A DNA stretch of 62,664 nucleotides, filler included. It is 6 parts of 6 records of this genome, joined end to end, with 100 filler letters (N's around TTAATTAATTAA, not from the genome) between each part and the next. Parts side by side here need not be neighbours in the genome. Positions count along the whole stretch, not along the records: positions 1 to 30,680 come from DRR723986_15255; positions 30,781 to 36,478 come from DRR723986_15256; positions 36,579 to 44,167 come from DRR723986_15273; 3 more parts are not named here. One strand, 5' to 3'. Below are positions 28,292 to 37,299 of this stretch, piece by piece. Under the pieces are notes generated by a model that was not told the DNA's origin, did not search any database, and worked only from the letters and a program-made list of their open reading frames with translations. The position numbers were made by a program, and so were the translations under genes. The number at the start of each line of letters is the position of its first letter. The stretch's first letter is position 1.

Positions 28292-29321
28292 GGCTGAACG
28301 TCTCCCCACCATTTCGAGAATGCACTGCCCAGTGAACTTGCTGGCTTACGCTGCTGCTAATGAAACGAACACTGCCGTCACCCAGTGCAATGTTTGCACC
28401 ACCGGTGTGCAGGCTGCGGGGTGCGAACCAGCCACGGCCGTGGACGGTAACGTCCGGAATGCGATTGTTGGGTGTCAGGTATCCGTTGGTGACGACCGCG
28501 TAGGGAACACCACGAATCCAAGTTTCACCACGGGTGCCGCGATAGCTACTGATCTCCGATGGAACAACCGCATTCAGGTCGGGATTGCGAATCGTCGCTC
28601 CTCCGATGCTGAAGCCCGGTTGGCCTGGAGGATTGCCGCTTGAACCCGACCACGATGCCAAACGGCGATGAATCAAGTTGCCGACAGGTGGATCAGTGCT
28701 GCGAATTCCGTCGCCGATGAGTGCCTCCGAAAGCATGACCGTATTGGAAGTCCCATCGGTGATGTCACCGAAGCGAGCCCACGAGTTCGTCCAAACAAAT
28801 CCATCTGTTGGGAAGCGGTCATCGTAGTTGGTATCGGTGCCCGAGCCGTAGGAGAACATATAGTTCAACCCTGCGACAGTCACCTCATTTCCAGCCGCGT
28901 CGGTCACCACGCGTGTAGGTTCGGCCGAATCACTAGGGCAAAGGAAGGTCGAGACAACGGTCTGGGCCGCTGGCACGAACAACGGATTGAGGGAAGCTCG
29001 CCAGGGCGGTCCGACATAGAGCGGCTGACTGTAATCAATCAAATTCTCTAAGTTGCCTTGCTCGATGAAAGGCAAGATTCGAGCCTGCGGAGAGAAGGAA
29101 CTCGAACCGGTCAGCCCCGGGAATCGCTTGTATGCAGATTCGTAGTTGTGAGTAGCCAGCGCGAGCTGCTTTAGGTTGTTGGAACACTGCATTCTCCGAG
29201 CGGCTTCGCGTGCCGCCTGAACAGCGGGCAGCAACAGCCCAACAAGAATGCCGATGATGGCGATAACAACTAGTAGCTCCACCAGCGTAAAGCCGTCACG
29301 TTTAAGGGAATGATTTTTCAT
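28278..29321 (-). CDS. DUF1559 prepilin-type N-terminal cleavage/methylation protein (copy 2)
   Basis: [70 protein letters not shown]. Confidence 0.95.
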   Translation of the reverse strand: MKNHSLKRDGFTLVELLVVIAIIGILVGLLLPAVQAAREAARRMQCSNNLKQLALATHNYESAYKRFPGLTGSSSFSPQARILPFIEQGNLENLIDYSQPLYVGPPWRASLNPLFVPAAQTVVSTFLCPSDSAEPTRVVTDAAGNEVTVAGLNYMFSYGSGTDTNYDDRFPTDGFVWTNSWARFGDITDGTSNTVMLSEALIGDGIRSTDPPVGNLIHRRLASWSGSSGNPPGQPGFSIGGATIRNPDLNAVVPSEISSYRGTRGETWIRGVPYAVVTNGYLTPNNRIPDVTVHGRGWFAPRSLHTGGANIALGDGSVRFISSSVSQQVHWAVHSRNGGETFSHDEL

Positions 29322-29550
29322 GATTTGTATGACTTATGAATATTGTGTTTTAGGTTTTCTTGGCCCAATAACTCTGGGCCACCAGGAACGTTCAGCGAAG
29401 GGTAATGCCGACCACGTGGGGCGCACGTTGGGTCTTTTGCGGGCACAGCTTCTGCGGAAGCCGCGTCTCTGCGCTGCCACGAAAGCAGATTTTCTCCGAC
29501 CAGACAGAGCGCAATGCTTCTAGCTGTTCAGCGAATCACTACGCAGCGAG

Positions 29551-29611
29551 ATTCGTGCGCAGTAACATTCGTTGCGCAATGACACTCGTTGCGCGATAAC
29601 ACTCGTTGCGC
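29551..29611. repeat. 17-bp tandem repeat, 3 copies plus a partial copy
   Basis: AGTAACATTCGTTGCGC, AATGACACTCGTTGCGC, GATAACACTCGTTGCGC at 29561-29611, preceded by ATTCGTGCGC. Confidence 0.85.
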
Positions 29612-29704
29612 ACATTGGCTCCACTGCATGGAATGGATTCAATGCAACCGTCCGAATCGGAGATAGCAATCAGCGCGTAGCGGAACGCGATAAAGAAACG
29701 TCGT

Positions 29705-30151
29705 CTAGGCAGCGGGGGGACCGCGAGCCTGCTGACAAAGAACGACCTGTGGAACAAGAACATCCACATACGCAGCAAGCGCGACGACCAGCCGGGCATG
29801 CGAAACGCGGGATGAAGCAAGCCCGCGCGATTGAGCCGCGGCATAGAAGTCGCAGATGGAGCACGGCCCGTGATAGTCGGCCGCGGTTATGCCAGATCTG
29901 AAATCGTGAGCAGCCGTCGCACCTTGATGGTGATCGACGTCGGATTTGACAAACGGTGAATTAGTGTGTTCAGAGCGATGCGCATGGCAATCACACTGCT
30001 CGTGCGACGACGGTGCCTGCAGATCGCAAGCAGCATCAGCGCAGCACGCTGCATGTTCATCATGATGGTGATGATGCCAATGAGGCCCAATGGCGACTGG
30101 GATTCCGTAGAACACCAGCAGGGCTATAGAGACTGAACGAGTGTTGAACAC
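29705..30151 (-). CDS. His/Cys-rich small protein with CxxC and C-terminal RGPP (DUF2946/CruR-like candidate leader peptide, copy 2)
   Basis: Hydrophobic N-terminus, HWHHHHHDEH, CC, CDCHAH, HGPCSIC, ends QARGPPAA*. Confidence 0.82.
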   Translation of the reverse strand: MFNTRSVSIALLVFYGIPVAIGPHWHHHHHDEHAACCADAACDLQAPSSHEQCDCHAHRSEHTNSPFVKSDVDHHQGATAAHDFRSGITAADYHGPCSICDFYAAAQSRGLASSRVSHARLVVALAAYVDVLVPQVVLCQQARGPPAA

Positions 30152-30564
30152 CGTTGCTGAGAACTCCGCACATGAAAGATCGTTGTTGAGATCACGGGTG
30201 CGGTCCGACCACTTGTGACTCTACGCACTCCCAAAGGCATCGTCAAGGATGTACTTCTCGAATCTTCTCGATCCGCTCTTCTTTTGTTCTCGGCCAGCTC
30301 CCCGCGATCCAGCAGAGCGCGCACTTCAAACGGCCAGCACCGATGCAACGCCAAGCTCTAACCTGCAACCGCTCCCGCGGCTTGAGAGACGAAGAACTTT
30401 CGGTGCTACCGCCCAACCCGCAGCCACTCAAGCAGATCACGGGGCCTTTCAATCACCGTAGGCGGAGCCTTTGTGTCCTCGGATGCCCAGGCAGCCGAAC
30501 CCTGCACGGCTCTGCGAACCCTGGTTCTGTTGAGTGCGTCTGGCGCAGGCCCGCCGGGCTACTT

Positions 30565-30606
30565 ACTAGCGCAGATTCACTAGCGCAGATTCACTAGCGC
30601 AGATTC
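30565..30606. repeat. Perfect 14-bp tandem repeat x3 (ACTAGCGCAGATTC)
   Basis: Read directly from the sequence. Confidence 0.95.
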
Positions 30607-30680
30607 AATCGTTGACTTGACCTGCTGATTGAACCGGGGCAACTCAGTTCCTCACCTTGAGTCGCCTTCTTCGTAGTGGA

Positions 30681-30780
30681 NNNNNNNNNNNNNNNNNNNN
30701 NNNNNNNNNNNNNNNNNNNNNNNNTTAATTAATTAANNNNNNNNNNNNNNNNNNNNNNNNNNNNNNNNNNNNNNNNNNNN
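30681..30780. other. Artificial contig linker (N44-TTAATTAATTAA-N44)
   Basis: N runs around a cassette with stops in all six frames; gene content and GC change across it. Confidence 0.98.
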
Positions 30781-30858
30781 CGCGATGGCGCCGCCACAGC
30801 GCCAGACGAAGTCGGCTGCATGGGCGCTGATGACAAGTGCAGTCTTGGAAGCTGGCAT
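30781..30858 (-). CDS. galB: 5' fragment of 4-oxalomesaconate hydratase (PIG-L family), cut by the contig end; absent from the ORF track
   Basis: Hand translation MPASKTALVISAHAADFVWRCGGAIA matches the GalB N-terminal pattern ALVVSAHxADFVWRxGGAIA; AGGGA RBS; only 26 codons visible. Confidence 0.75.
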
Positions 30859-30940
30859 ATCCGGTTTCCCTGTAATTGTTACTTGGCCGGATATTCCCGT
30901 CTCTTCCCGCAGAAGGCCAATTCAAAGGGACGCAACGCCT

Positions 30941-30957
30941 CATAAGTTTTGGCTATA
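30941..30957 (-). promoter_or_regulatory. Putative LysR operator, copy 1 (TATAGCCAAAACTTATG on the - strand)
   Basis: T-N11-A box between divergent galB and LysR genes; 15/17 identical to the site at 32275-32291. Confidence 0.6.
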
Positions 30958-31031
30958 AGGTCTTCCGTCAAAGCTTCTCTGCTGGCAGTCTATGAGGCAG
31001 GATCGTTGCGCTTACACAGTGCGTAACAAAG

Positions 31032-32228
31032 ATGCCCGCGAGACGCCGACAGGAGAAAACGTTGGAATTCAATCTCCGTCATCTGCGCGTTTTTCTGTCC
31101 GCATCGCGCAACTCATCCATCACGAAGGCAGCGGAGGAATGCCGCCTGTCGCAACCGGCGGTAACTCAGGCCATCAACAAGCTGGAGGACCTGCTGGAAA
31201 CGGCACTCTTTCAGCGGTCGGCTCATGGCGTCTTCGTCTCCCAGGTCGGCAAGGTGTTCGGACGCCGAGTTGAGCGGGCGCTTGGCCTCATCGACGCCAG
31301 TTTTCTGGCGACCGCTCCCCGTTTGCAGGTAACTGCCACCGCTGCCCAACTCCGTGCCTTCGTCGCCGTTTGCGATTGCGCCAACTTTACCCTTGCCGCG
31401 CGGCGGCTCGGCATTGCCCAGCCGACTGTGCACCGGGCTGTCAGTCAGCTTGAGAAGGAGGCTCTGAAACCGCTTCTGGAGCGCACATCGAACGGAATCG
31501 TGCCGAGCCGTTCAGGACAGAGCCTCGCCCGCGCAGCCGATCTGATGTTCGCTGAGCTCGCCCAGGCCGCGATGGAAATGTCGGAACTGAAGGGTCGGGA
31601 AAGCGGGCGTATAGTCATCGGCGCCATGCCCTTGTCACGTGCTTATATCCTGCCATCGGTGGTAGCCGCCTTCCGAAAGGACCGGCCGCGGATCGAGCTG
31701 CAAGTCCTGGACGGGCCCTATGATGAGCTGATCCGGGAATTGCGGCGCGGTGCTGTCGATTTTCTCGTCGGCGCCCTGCGCAATCCGCTGCCGATCGAAG
31801 ACGTCGAACAAAGCGCGCTCTTCAATGACAGTCTGACGGTGATGGCTCGCAAGGATCATCCGCTGGCCGGCAGAAGGGGCCTTATCGTTGACGACCTCAG
31901 GTCCTGGCCCTGGGTCGTTGCCGCCCGAGGCACGCCGACCCGCGGCCACTTCGATCGCCTGTTCAAGGAGAATGGCGGCCAGTTGCCGGAAAGTGTCGTG
32001 GAAAGCGGCTCGATGATCTTTGCCAGGGAGTTGCTGGCGTTGAGCGATCATCTTGCCTGTGTCTCCAGCCTCCAGGCAGGCCGCGAAATCGCGGCGGGCC
32101 GCATCGTCGCCTTGCCGTTTCGACTGCCGGACACTTCCCGTCCCATCGGCATCACCACTCGCACGGGCTGGGAGCCGACGGCCAGCCAGAAAGCGCTCCT
32201 GGCGCTGCTTCATCGCTACGACCACTGA
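31032..32228 (+). CDS. LysR regulator with two tandem HTH domains (GalR/LigR type)
   Basis: HTH1 NLRHLRVF...SITKAAEECRLSQPAVTQAINKLE; HTH2 QLRAFVAV...FTLAARRLGIAQPTVHRAVSQLE; divergent from galB; true start may be TTG 31062. Confidence 0.9.
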   Translation: MPARRRQEKTLEFNLRHLRVFLSASRNSSITKAAEECRLSQPAVTQAINKLEDLLETALFQRSAHGVFVSQVGKVFGRRVERALGLIDASFLATAPRLQVTATAAQLRAFVAVCDCANFTLAARRLGIAQPTVHRAVSQLEKEALKPLLERTSNGIVPSRSGQSLARAADLMFAELAQAAMEMSELKGRESGRIVIGAMPLSRAYILPSVVAAFRKDRPRIELQVLDGPYDELIRELRRGAVDFLVGALRNPLPIEDVEQSALFNDSLTVMARKDHPLAGRRGLIVDDLRSWPWVVAARGTPTRGHFDRLFKENGGQLPESVVESGSMIFARELLALSDHLACVSSLQAGREIAAGRIVALPFRLPDTSRPIGITTRTGWEPTASQKALLALLHRYDH

Positions 32229-32274
32229 AAACAAAGGCGAAATTCTATCGAAGCTAGCAGCATTATCTTTCAAC

Positions 32275-32291
32275 TATAGCAAAAACTGATG
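32275..32291 (+). promoter_or_regulatory. Putative LysR operator, copy 2 (TATAGCAAAAACTGATG) upstream of the TRAP operon
   Basis: 15/17 match to the reverse complement of 30941-30957. Confidence 0.55.
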
Positions 32292-32396
32292 GCCGCGGGA
32301 TTGCTTTCAAATGGTGCACCAACCTCTCCGGTGAGAAGGAAAGAGCGATCCGGAACCCCTTGCGGTTCCGGCAACGCTCAACGGGAGGATCCGTCC

Positions 32397-33386
32397 ATGA
32401 AAATATCCAAGGCACTTACCGGGGCTGCGCTGGCACTCGGCCTTTTTGCAAACGCCGCCCAGGCGAGCGAGCTGAAATTCGCCAATTTCATGCCACCGGC
32501 CAACCCCTACCAGGCAGGCGCCTTCGAGCCCTTTGCCGAGAAGCTGGCTGCCGCCACCAACAACGAGATCACCGTTCACATCTATGCTGGTGGTGAACTC
32601 GGTCCGGGACCGGTTGAGCAATTCTCCCGCGCCGTGGACGGTGTAGCGGACTTCGCGGTAGGCCTGCCCGGCTATACCGCCTCCCAGTTCCCGGTGACGC
32701 TGCTGACCGAATTGCCCGGCGTCATCGACGAAGAAACCGGCACGGAAGTCATCTGGAAGAACATCGATCTCTTCAAGCCCGAATTCAAACGCGCCGTTCT
32801 TGTCAGTCTCTGGTCCAATGCCGACAACGTGCTCTACACCCGCGAAAAGCCAGTGCGCACACCAGAAGATGTCAAGGGTCTGAAGATCCGTGTGCCTTCA
32901 CGCAACGCGGGTCTGCTGGTCGAGGCCTGGGGTGCAACGCCTGTCTCGATGCCGGTTCCGGAGATCTACAATGCGCTGCAGACCGGGGTTATCGATGGAG
33001 CACTCATTGACGGGACCGGCACCAAGGCCTTCAAGCTCGGGGAAGTCTCCAAGTATCTCACTGTCGGCTTCGATACGACCATTTCCCCCTTCTTCATTGT
33101 CATGAACCGCGACAGCTTCGCCTCCCTGAACGATGAACAGAAGGCGGCTGTCGAGGAGATCGGCAAGGAGATTTCCGTGACCGCGAACGCGGTACAGCTG
33201 GCCGCGGCTCACAAGGGCATCGACGCCTTTGCCGAGATGGATGGCAAGCAGGTCATTCGCCTGTCCGACGAAGAGGCTGCTGCCTTCAACGCGCTCGCCG
33301 ATGAGGCTCGTGCCAAGGCTATCGAGGAAGCCACCGCCAGCGGTATTGCCGCCGGTGATGTCGTCTCCGCACTGCAGGCGCAGTAA
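32397..33386 (+). CDS. dctP: TRAP transporter substrate-binding protein
   Basis: GGGAGG RBS and ATG 32397, signal peptide; DVKGLKIRV, EIYNALQTGVIDG. Confidence 0.92.
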   Translation: MKISKALTGAALALGLFANAAQASELKFANFMPPANPYQAGAFEPFAEKLAAATNNEITVHIYAGGELGPGPVEQFSRAVDGVADFAVGLPGYTASQFPVTLLTELPGVIDEETGTEVIWKNIDLFKPEFKRAVLVSLWSNADNVLYTREKPVRTPEDVKGLKIRVPSRNAGLLVEAWGATPVSMPVPEIYNALQTGVIDGALIDGTGTKAFKLGEVSKYLTVGFDTTISPFFIVMNRDSFASLNDEQKAAVEEIGKEISVTANAVQLAAAHKGIDAFAEMDGKQVIRLSDEEAAAFNALADEARAKAIEEATASGIAAGDVVSALQAQ

Positions 33387-33391
33387 CGGCA

Positions 33392-33898
33392 ATGTCTCCC
33401 CTTTCCAAAAAGGCCTGGCCGGCACTTGTCGACCGGGCCACTCTGGCCCTCGCTGCGCTCGCCGGTCTGTTCCTGCTCTTCCTGGTCGGTCTTGTCTTCG
33501 TGGCGGTATTGCTGCGCTACGTGGCTCAGAGCCCGATCCTCGGCATCAACGAGATCGTGCAACTGGTTGCAGTCGCCATCGTCATGCTGGCGCTACCCTG
33601 GTGCACAGATCGCAATGGGCATGTGCGTGCCGATGTCTTCGACAGTGCCATCGGACGTGCAGGCCGTTTCTCCGGTGACCTCTTCTCAAGATGTGTCAGC
33701 ACCTTCGTGCTCTCCGTACTGGTCTACCGCTCCTGGCTGAAACTGCTTGATGCGCGCGAGTTCGAGGATGTCACCAACATGCTCTCCCTGCCGATCTGGC
33801 CCTTTTACGGGATGATGGTCGCAGGCATGGGCCTCTGTGTTTTCGTGATGGTTCTCCAGATCGCCGTCATTCTGATGACGGGTGAGGAAATGAAATGA
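33392..33898 (+). CDS. dctQ: TRAP transporter small permease
   Basis: 4 TM helices, VLLRY, GHVRADVF; operon position. Confidence 0.9.
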   Translation: MSPLSKKAWPALVDRATLALAALAGLFLLFLVGLVFVAVLLRYVAQSPILGINEIVQLVAVAIVMLALPWCTDRNGHVRADVFDSAIGRAGRFSGDLFSRCVSTFVLSVLVYRSWLKLLDAREFEDVTNMLSLPIWPFYGMMVAGMGLCVFVMVLQIAVILMTGEEMK

Positions 33899-35199
33899 CG
33901 GATCTGACGCTTGGTGTCCTGGCCTTCGTCGCCCTTTTCGGCCTGATGATCTTCCGCACGCCGGTTGCGTTTGCCATGCTGATTGTCGGCTATTTCGGGA
34001 TGGCCCTTCAGGGAGGGTTTCGCACCGCCGGTGCCGTTCTGGTCACAGAGACCTACTCCTCGGTCACCAACTATTCGCTGATAGTAGTGCCGATGTTCGT
34101 CCTCCTCGGCAATGTGGCTTCCGCGGCGGGCTTCAGTCGCGGGCTTTACGATGCCGCCTATGCCTGGGTCGGCCGGTTCCGTGGCGGGCTCGCGTCTGCC
34201 TCCGTGCTCGGCTGCGCAGCCTTTTCCGCAGTCAGCGGCTCTTCCGTTGCGACCGCTGTCACTATCGGTAAAGTCGCCCTGCCGGAAATGCGCCGCCTTG
34301 GCTATGCAGACGGTCTCTCCACCGGTTCGATTGCTGCCGGTGGCACGCTCGGTTTCCTCATCCCGCCCTCTACAGGGTTCGTGCTCTATGCCATCCTGAC
34401 GGAGGAATCGATCGGCCGCCTCTTCATGGCTGGCATTCTGCCGGGCCTCCTGATGACCGCTCTATTCATGGCGGCCGTCTGGCTGACTGTGCTGAGAAAG
34501 CCGGAGGCAGGCCGCCCGGGCGATCCGATGGCCTTTTCCGACCGCTTGCGCATTCTCAGTGCCGCGCTGCCGCTGATCGCTGTCATGGTGCTCTCCATTG
34601 GTGGAATCTATGCTGGGGTTTTCACCCCCGTAGAAGCCTCAGCCATCGGCGCCGGGCTCGTAATCCTGATCGCCCTTGCCACAGGGGCGCTCACGCTCAA
34701 GACATTCACAGGCGCAGTCCTGGAAACCGTACAGACCTCGGCGATGCTCTACATGATCGTCATCGGCGCCAATGTGCTCAATCCACTGCTCGCCGTCACC
34801 AAATTGCCGGCCGCCTTCTCCGATCTCCTGACCGTGCTCGGCTTTGGTCCCTATGGAACGCTGTTTCTGATCCTGATGTGCTACGTGGTGCTCGGCATGT
34901 TCCTGGACGGCCTTGCCATGCTGGTGATCACGCTGCCGATCTTCTTTCCCATCGTGCTGCAGCAGGGCTTCGATCCGATTTGGTTCGGCGTTGTCGCAGT
35001 GATCGTCATAGAGATGGGCATGATCACGCCGCCAGTGGGCCTCAACGTCTTCGTCATTCGCAGCGTCGCCCGGGATGTGCCGATGGCAACGATCTTCAAG
35101 GGTGTTGCTCCCTTCCTGTTGGCGATGATCCTCTGTCTGTTGCTGATCATTTGCTTTCCGCAGATTGCATTGCTTTTGCCAAACAGCATGTTCGGATAA
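33895..35199 (+). CDS. dctM: TRAP transporter large permease
   Basis: VPMFVLLG, SGSSVAT, AGGTLGFLIPPS, FTPVEA, GFDPIWFG, ITPPVGLN. Confidence 0.95.
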   Translation: MTDLTLGVLAFVALFGLMIFRTPVAFAMLIVGYFGMALQGGFRTAGAVLVTETYSSVTNYSLIVVPMFVLLGNVASAAGFSRGLYDAAYAWVGRFRGGLASASVLGCAAFSAVSGSSVATAVTIGKVALPEMRRLGYADGLSTGSIAAGGTLGFLIPPSTGFVLYAILTEESIGRLFMAGILPGLLMTALFMAAVWLTVLRKPEAGRPGDPMAFSDRLRILSAALPLIAVMVLSIGGIYAGVFTPVEASAIGAGLVILIALATGALTLKTFTGAVLETVQTSAMLYMIVIGANVLNPLLAVTKLPAAFSDLLTVLGFGPYGTLFLILMCYVVLGMFLDGLAMLVITLPIFFPIVLQQGFDPIWFGVVAVIVIEMGMITPPVGLNVFVIRSVARDVPMATIFKGVAPFLLAMILCLLLIICFPQIALLLPNSMFG

Positions 35200-35377
35200 C
35201 CGACCCGAATATCGGCTGGGAAAACAGTAACTTAACTCGAAGCATAGCGGAAAAAGACTTCTACTCCTTGCAAGAAGCAACCGAGCATCAAGTTGAAGGC
35301 GTCCGCAACTAGGTGGCATTCTGCTGCATGCGAACGACCAAAGTGAGAAGGCAAAGGCGACATTTGGCGACGGCAGG

Positions 35378-36478
35378 TTATCGCGAAACAAGAATTGCCC
35401 GGAAGTCGTTGACGTTCGTCAGGGTTGGGCCTGAAATAACCTGGTCGCCTAGCGCCGCAAAGAAGGAATGGCTGTCATTCTGGTCGAGTGCTGCCTGCAT
35501 TGACACTCCCAGTGTCCGGGCACGGGCTGGCGTTGTTTCGTCGATTATCGCACCGGCGACCTCCGCTGCACCGTCGACACCGTCCGTATCGCAGGCAATG
35601 GCCGAGATGCCCTTCGCGCCTTCCAACGCGCAGGCGAGTGCGAGGCAGAATTCGGCGTTCGGTCCTCCGGTTCCTCGGCCGCGCCTAGAGACCGTGCATT
35701 CGCCTCCCGAAAGCAGCAAGGACGTCTCGCCCGGCGCAAGGACGGCAAGTTCTTCGAGTGCCGTCTTCGCGTGATCGGCTGCGACATCACGCGCCTCGCC
35801 TTCGATCGCATCTCCGAGCACTCTGACCCGAATGCCCAGCCGGGCCGCATGTTGCCTTGCGGCGTCAAGCGACATGGCAGGTGCGGCGATCATGACATTT
35901 TCCACCCGCGACAATTCGGGCACAGCCCAAGGCCACGTGCCCGCAGGACTGGCAAGAACGGCATGCATCGACGCGGTGAGCCCGATCGACCAGTGCGCGG
36001 CAATCTTCCTTGCGTCTTCCGGTGACGTTTCATCGGCAACCGTCGGGCCGGAGGCGACCATTGCTGGATCGTCTCCCGGAACATCGGAGATGATCAGCGA
36101 CAGCATGCGGGCAGGCCAGGCTGCAGCAGCAAGACGACCTCCCTTGGCACGGGAAAGGTGCTTGCGCAGGGTATTCATCTGCGAGATCGGCGCACCCGAA
36201 GCGAGCAACGAACGGGTCAGCTCCTGCTCTTCTTCGAGGGTAATATCGCCAGCCGGACACGTCAGAAGGGCGGAGCCTCCGCCCGAGATCAGAGCCAGGA
36301 CGAAATCATCCTCTTCGCAAGTATCGAGAAGCTGAAGCAGACGCCGCGTTCCGGCTTGCCCGCGATGGTCCGGGACCGGGTGCGAGGCGCAAACGACTTC
36401 AATCCCCTCCAGCTCCCGGGTGTATCCGTCGCGGGTCAGGATCAGGCCTTCACAAGCCCCCCAGGCCGCCTCGACAGC
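35378..36478 (-). CDS. Glycerate kinase, MOFRL/TtuD type (5' end cut by the contig end)
   Basis: Frame is open back to 36478: SHPVPD, LISGGGSAL, ISDVPGDD...ASGPT, SGGECTV...GGPN, DTDGVDG, GPTLTNVNDFR. Confidence 0.92.
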   Translation of the reverse strand, partial: AVEAAWGACEGLILTRDGYTRELEGIEVVCASHPVPDHRGQAGTRRLLQLLDTCEEDDFVLALISGGGSALLTCPAGDITLEEEQELTRSLLASGAPISQMNTLRKHLSRAKGGRLAAAAWPARMLSLIISDVPGDDPAMVASGPTVADETSPEDARKIAAHWSIGLTASMHAVLASPAGTWPWAVPELSRVENVMIAAPAMSLDAARQHAARLGIRVRVLGDAIEGEARDVAADHAKTALEELAVLAPGETSLLLSGGECTVSRRGRGTGGPNAEFCLALACALEGAKGISAIACDTDGVDGAAEVAGAIIDETTPARARTLGVSMQAALDQNDSHSFFAALGDQVISGPTLTNVNDFRAILVSR

Positions 36479-36578
36479 NNNNNNNNNNNNNNNNNNNNNN
36501 NNNNNNNNNNNNNNNNNNNNNNTTAATTAATTAANNNNNNNNNNNNNNNNNNNNNNNNNNNNNNNNNNNNNNNNNNNN
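36479..36578. other. Artificial contig linker
   Basis: N44-TTAATTAATTAA-N44. Confidence 0.98.
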
Positions 36579-37170
36579 TGTGCCGATGTATTTTGTCTAT
36601 CGCGATGGTCAGTATATCGACGCGCTTGGCCAATCCTTCCGCGATTTTTTGAAAGGCCAGCTGCCCGCGCTGCCCGGCGAAACGCCCACCCTGTCGGATT
36701 GGGCCGATCATCTGACCACCATTTTCCCCGAGGCGCGCATCAAGAAATACATGGAAATGCGCGGCGCCGATGGTGGCCCGTGGCGGCGGCTATGCGCGCT
36801 GCCTGCGTTCTGGGTGGGGCTGATGTATGACAGCGCCAGTCTGGATGCCGCCTGGGATTTGGTCAAACATTGGGACGCGGAAACCCGCGAGGCATGGCGC
36901 GTCGAGGCCAGCGTGATGGGGCTGCAGGCCAATGTGGGCGGGCGGCGCATGATCGATCTGGCGGCCGAGGCGCTGGATATCTCGCGCGCAGGTCTAAAGG
37001 CGCGCGCGCGGCCCGGGCTGGGCGGCATGGTGCAAGACGAGCGCCATTTCCTGCACGCATTGGAAGATAGTATCGAAACCGGCCAAACCCCGGCAGATGA
37101 GCTGCTAGAGCGCTATAATGGCGAATGGCAGGGCGATCTTAGCCGCATTTACGCCGAATACAGCTACTAA
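36579..37170 (+). CDS. gshA: Glutamate--cysteine ligase (3' part)
   Basis: VPMYFVYRDG, DWADHLTTIFPEARIKKYMEMRGADGGP...CALPAFWVG. Confidence 0.92.
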
Positions 37171-37299
37171 AAGCCCGATAACCCAAAACCGTCTTTTACG
37201 AAGGTCGGTTTTGCGCTGCAGAATGTCGGCTGGGCCGTGCGAAAACCGCACGGCCTGCTAAACAGCTTCCAACACTACTTTTAGGGAGTCGCCTGCGCA

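Noticed and set aside
29551-29611. CRISPR array
   Set aside because: 17-bp head-to-tail units with no spacers; no cas genes
30725-30736. TTAATTAATTAA as a biological motif
   Set aside because: Identical in all five N gaps; synthetic six-frame stop linker
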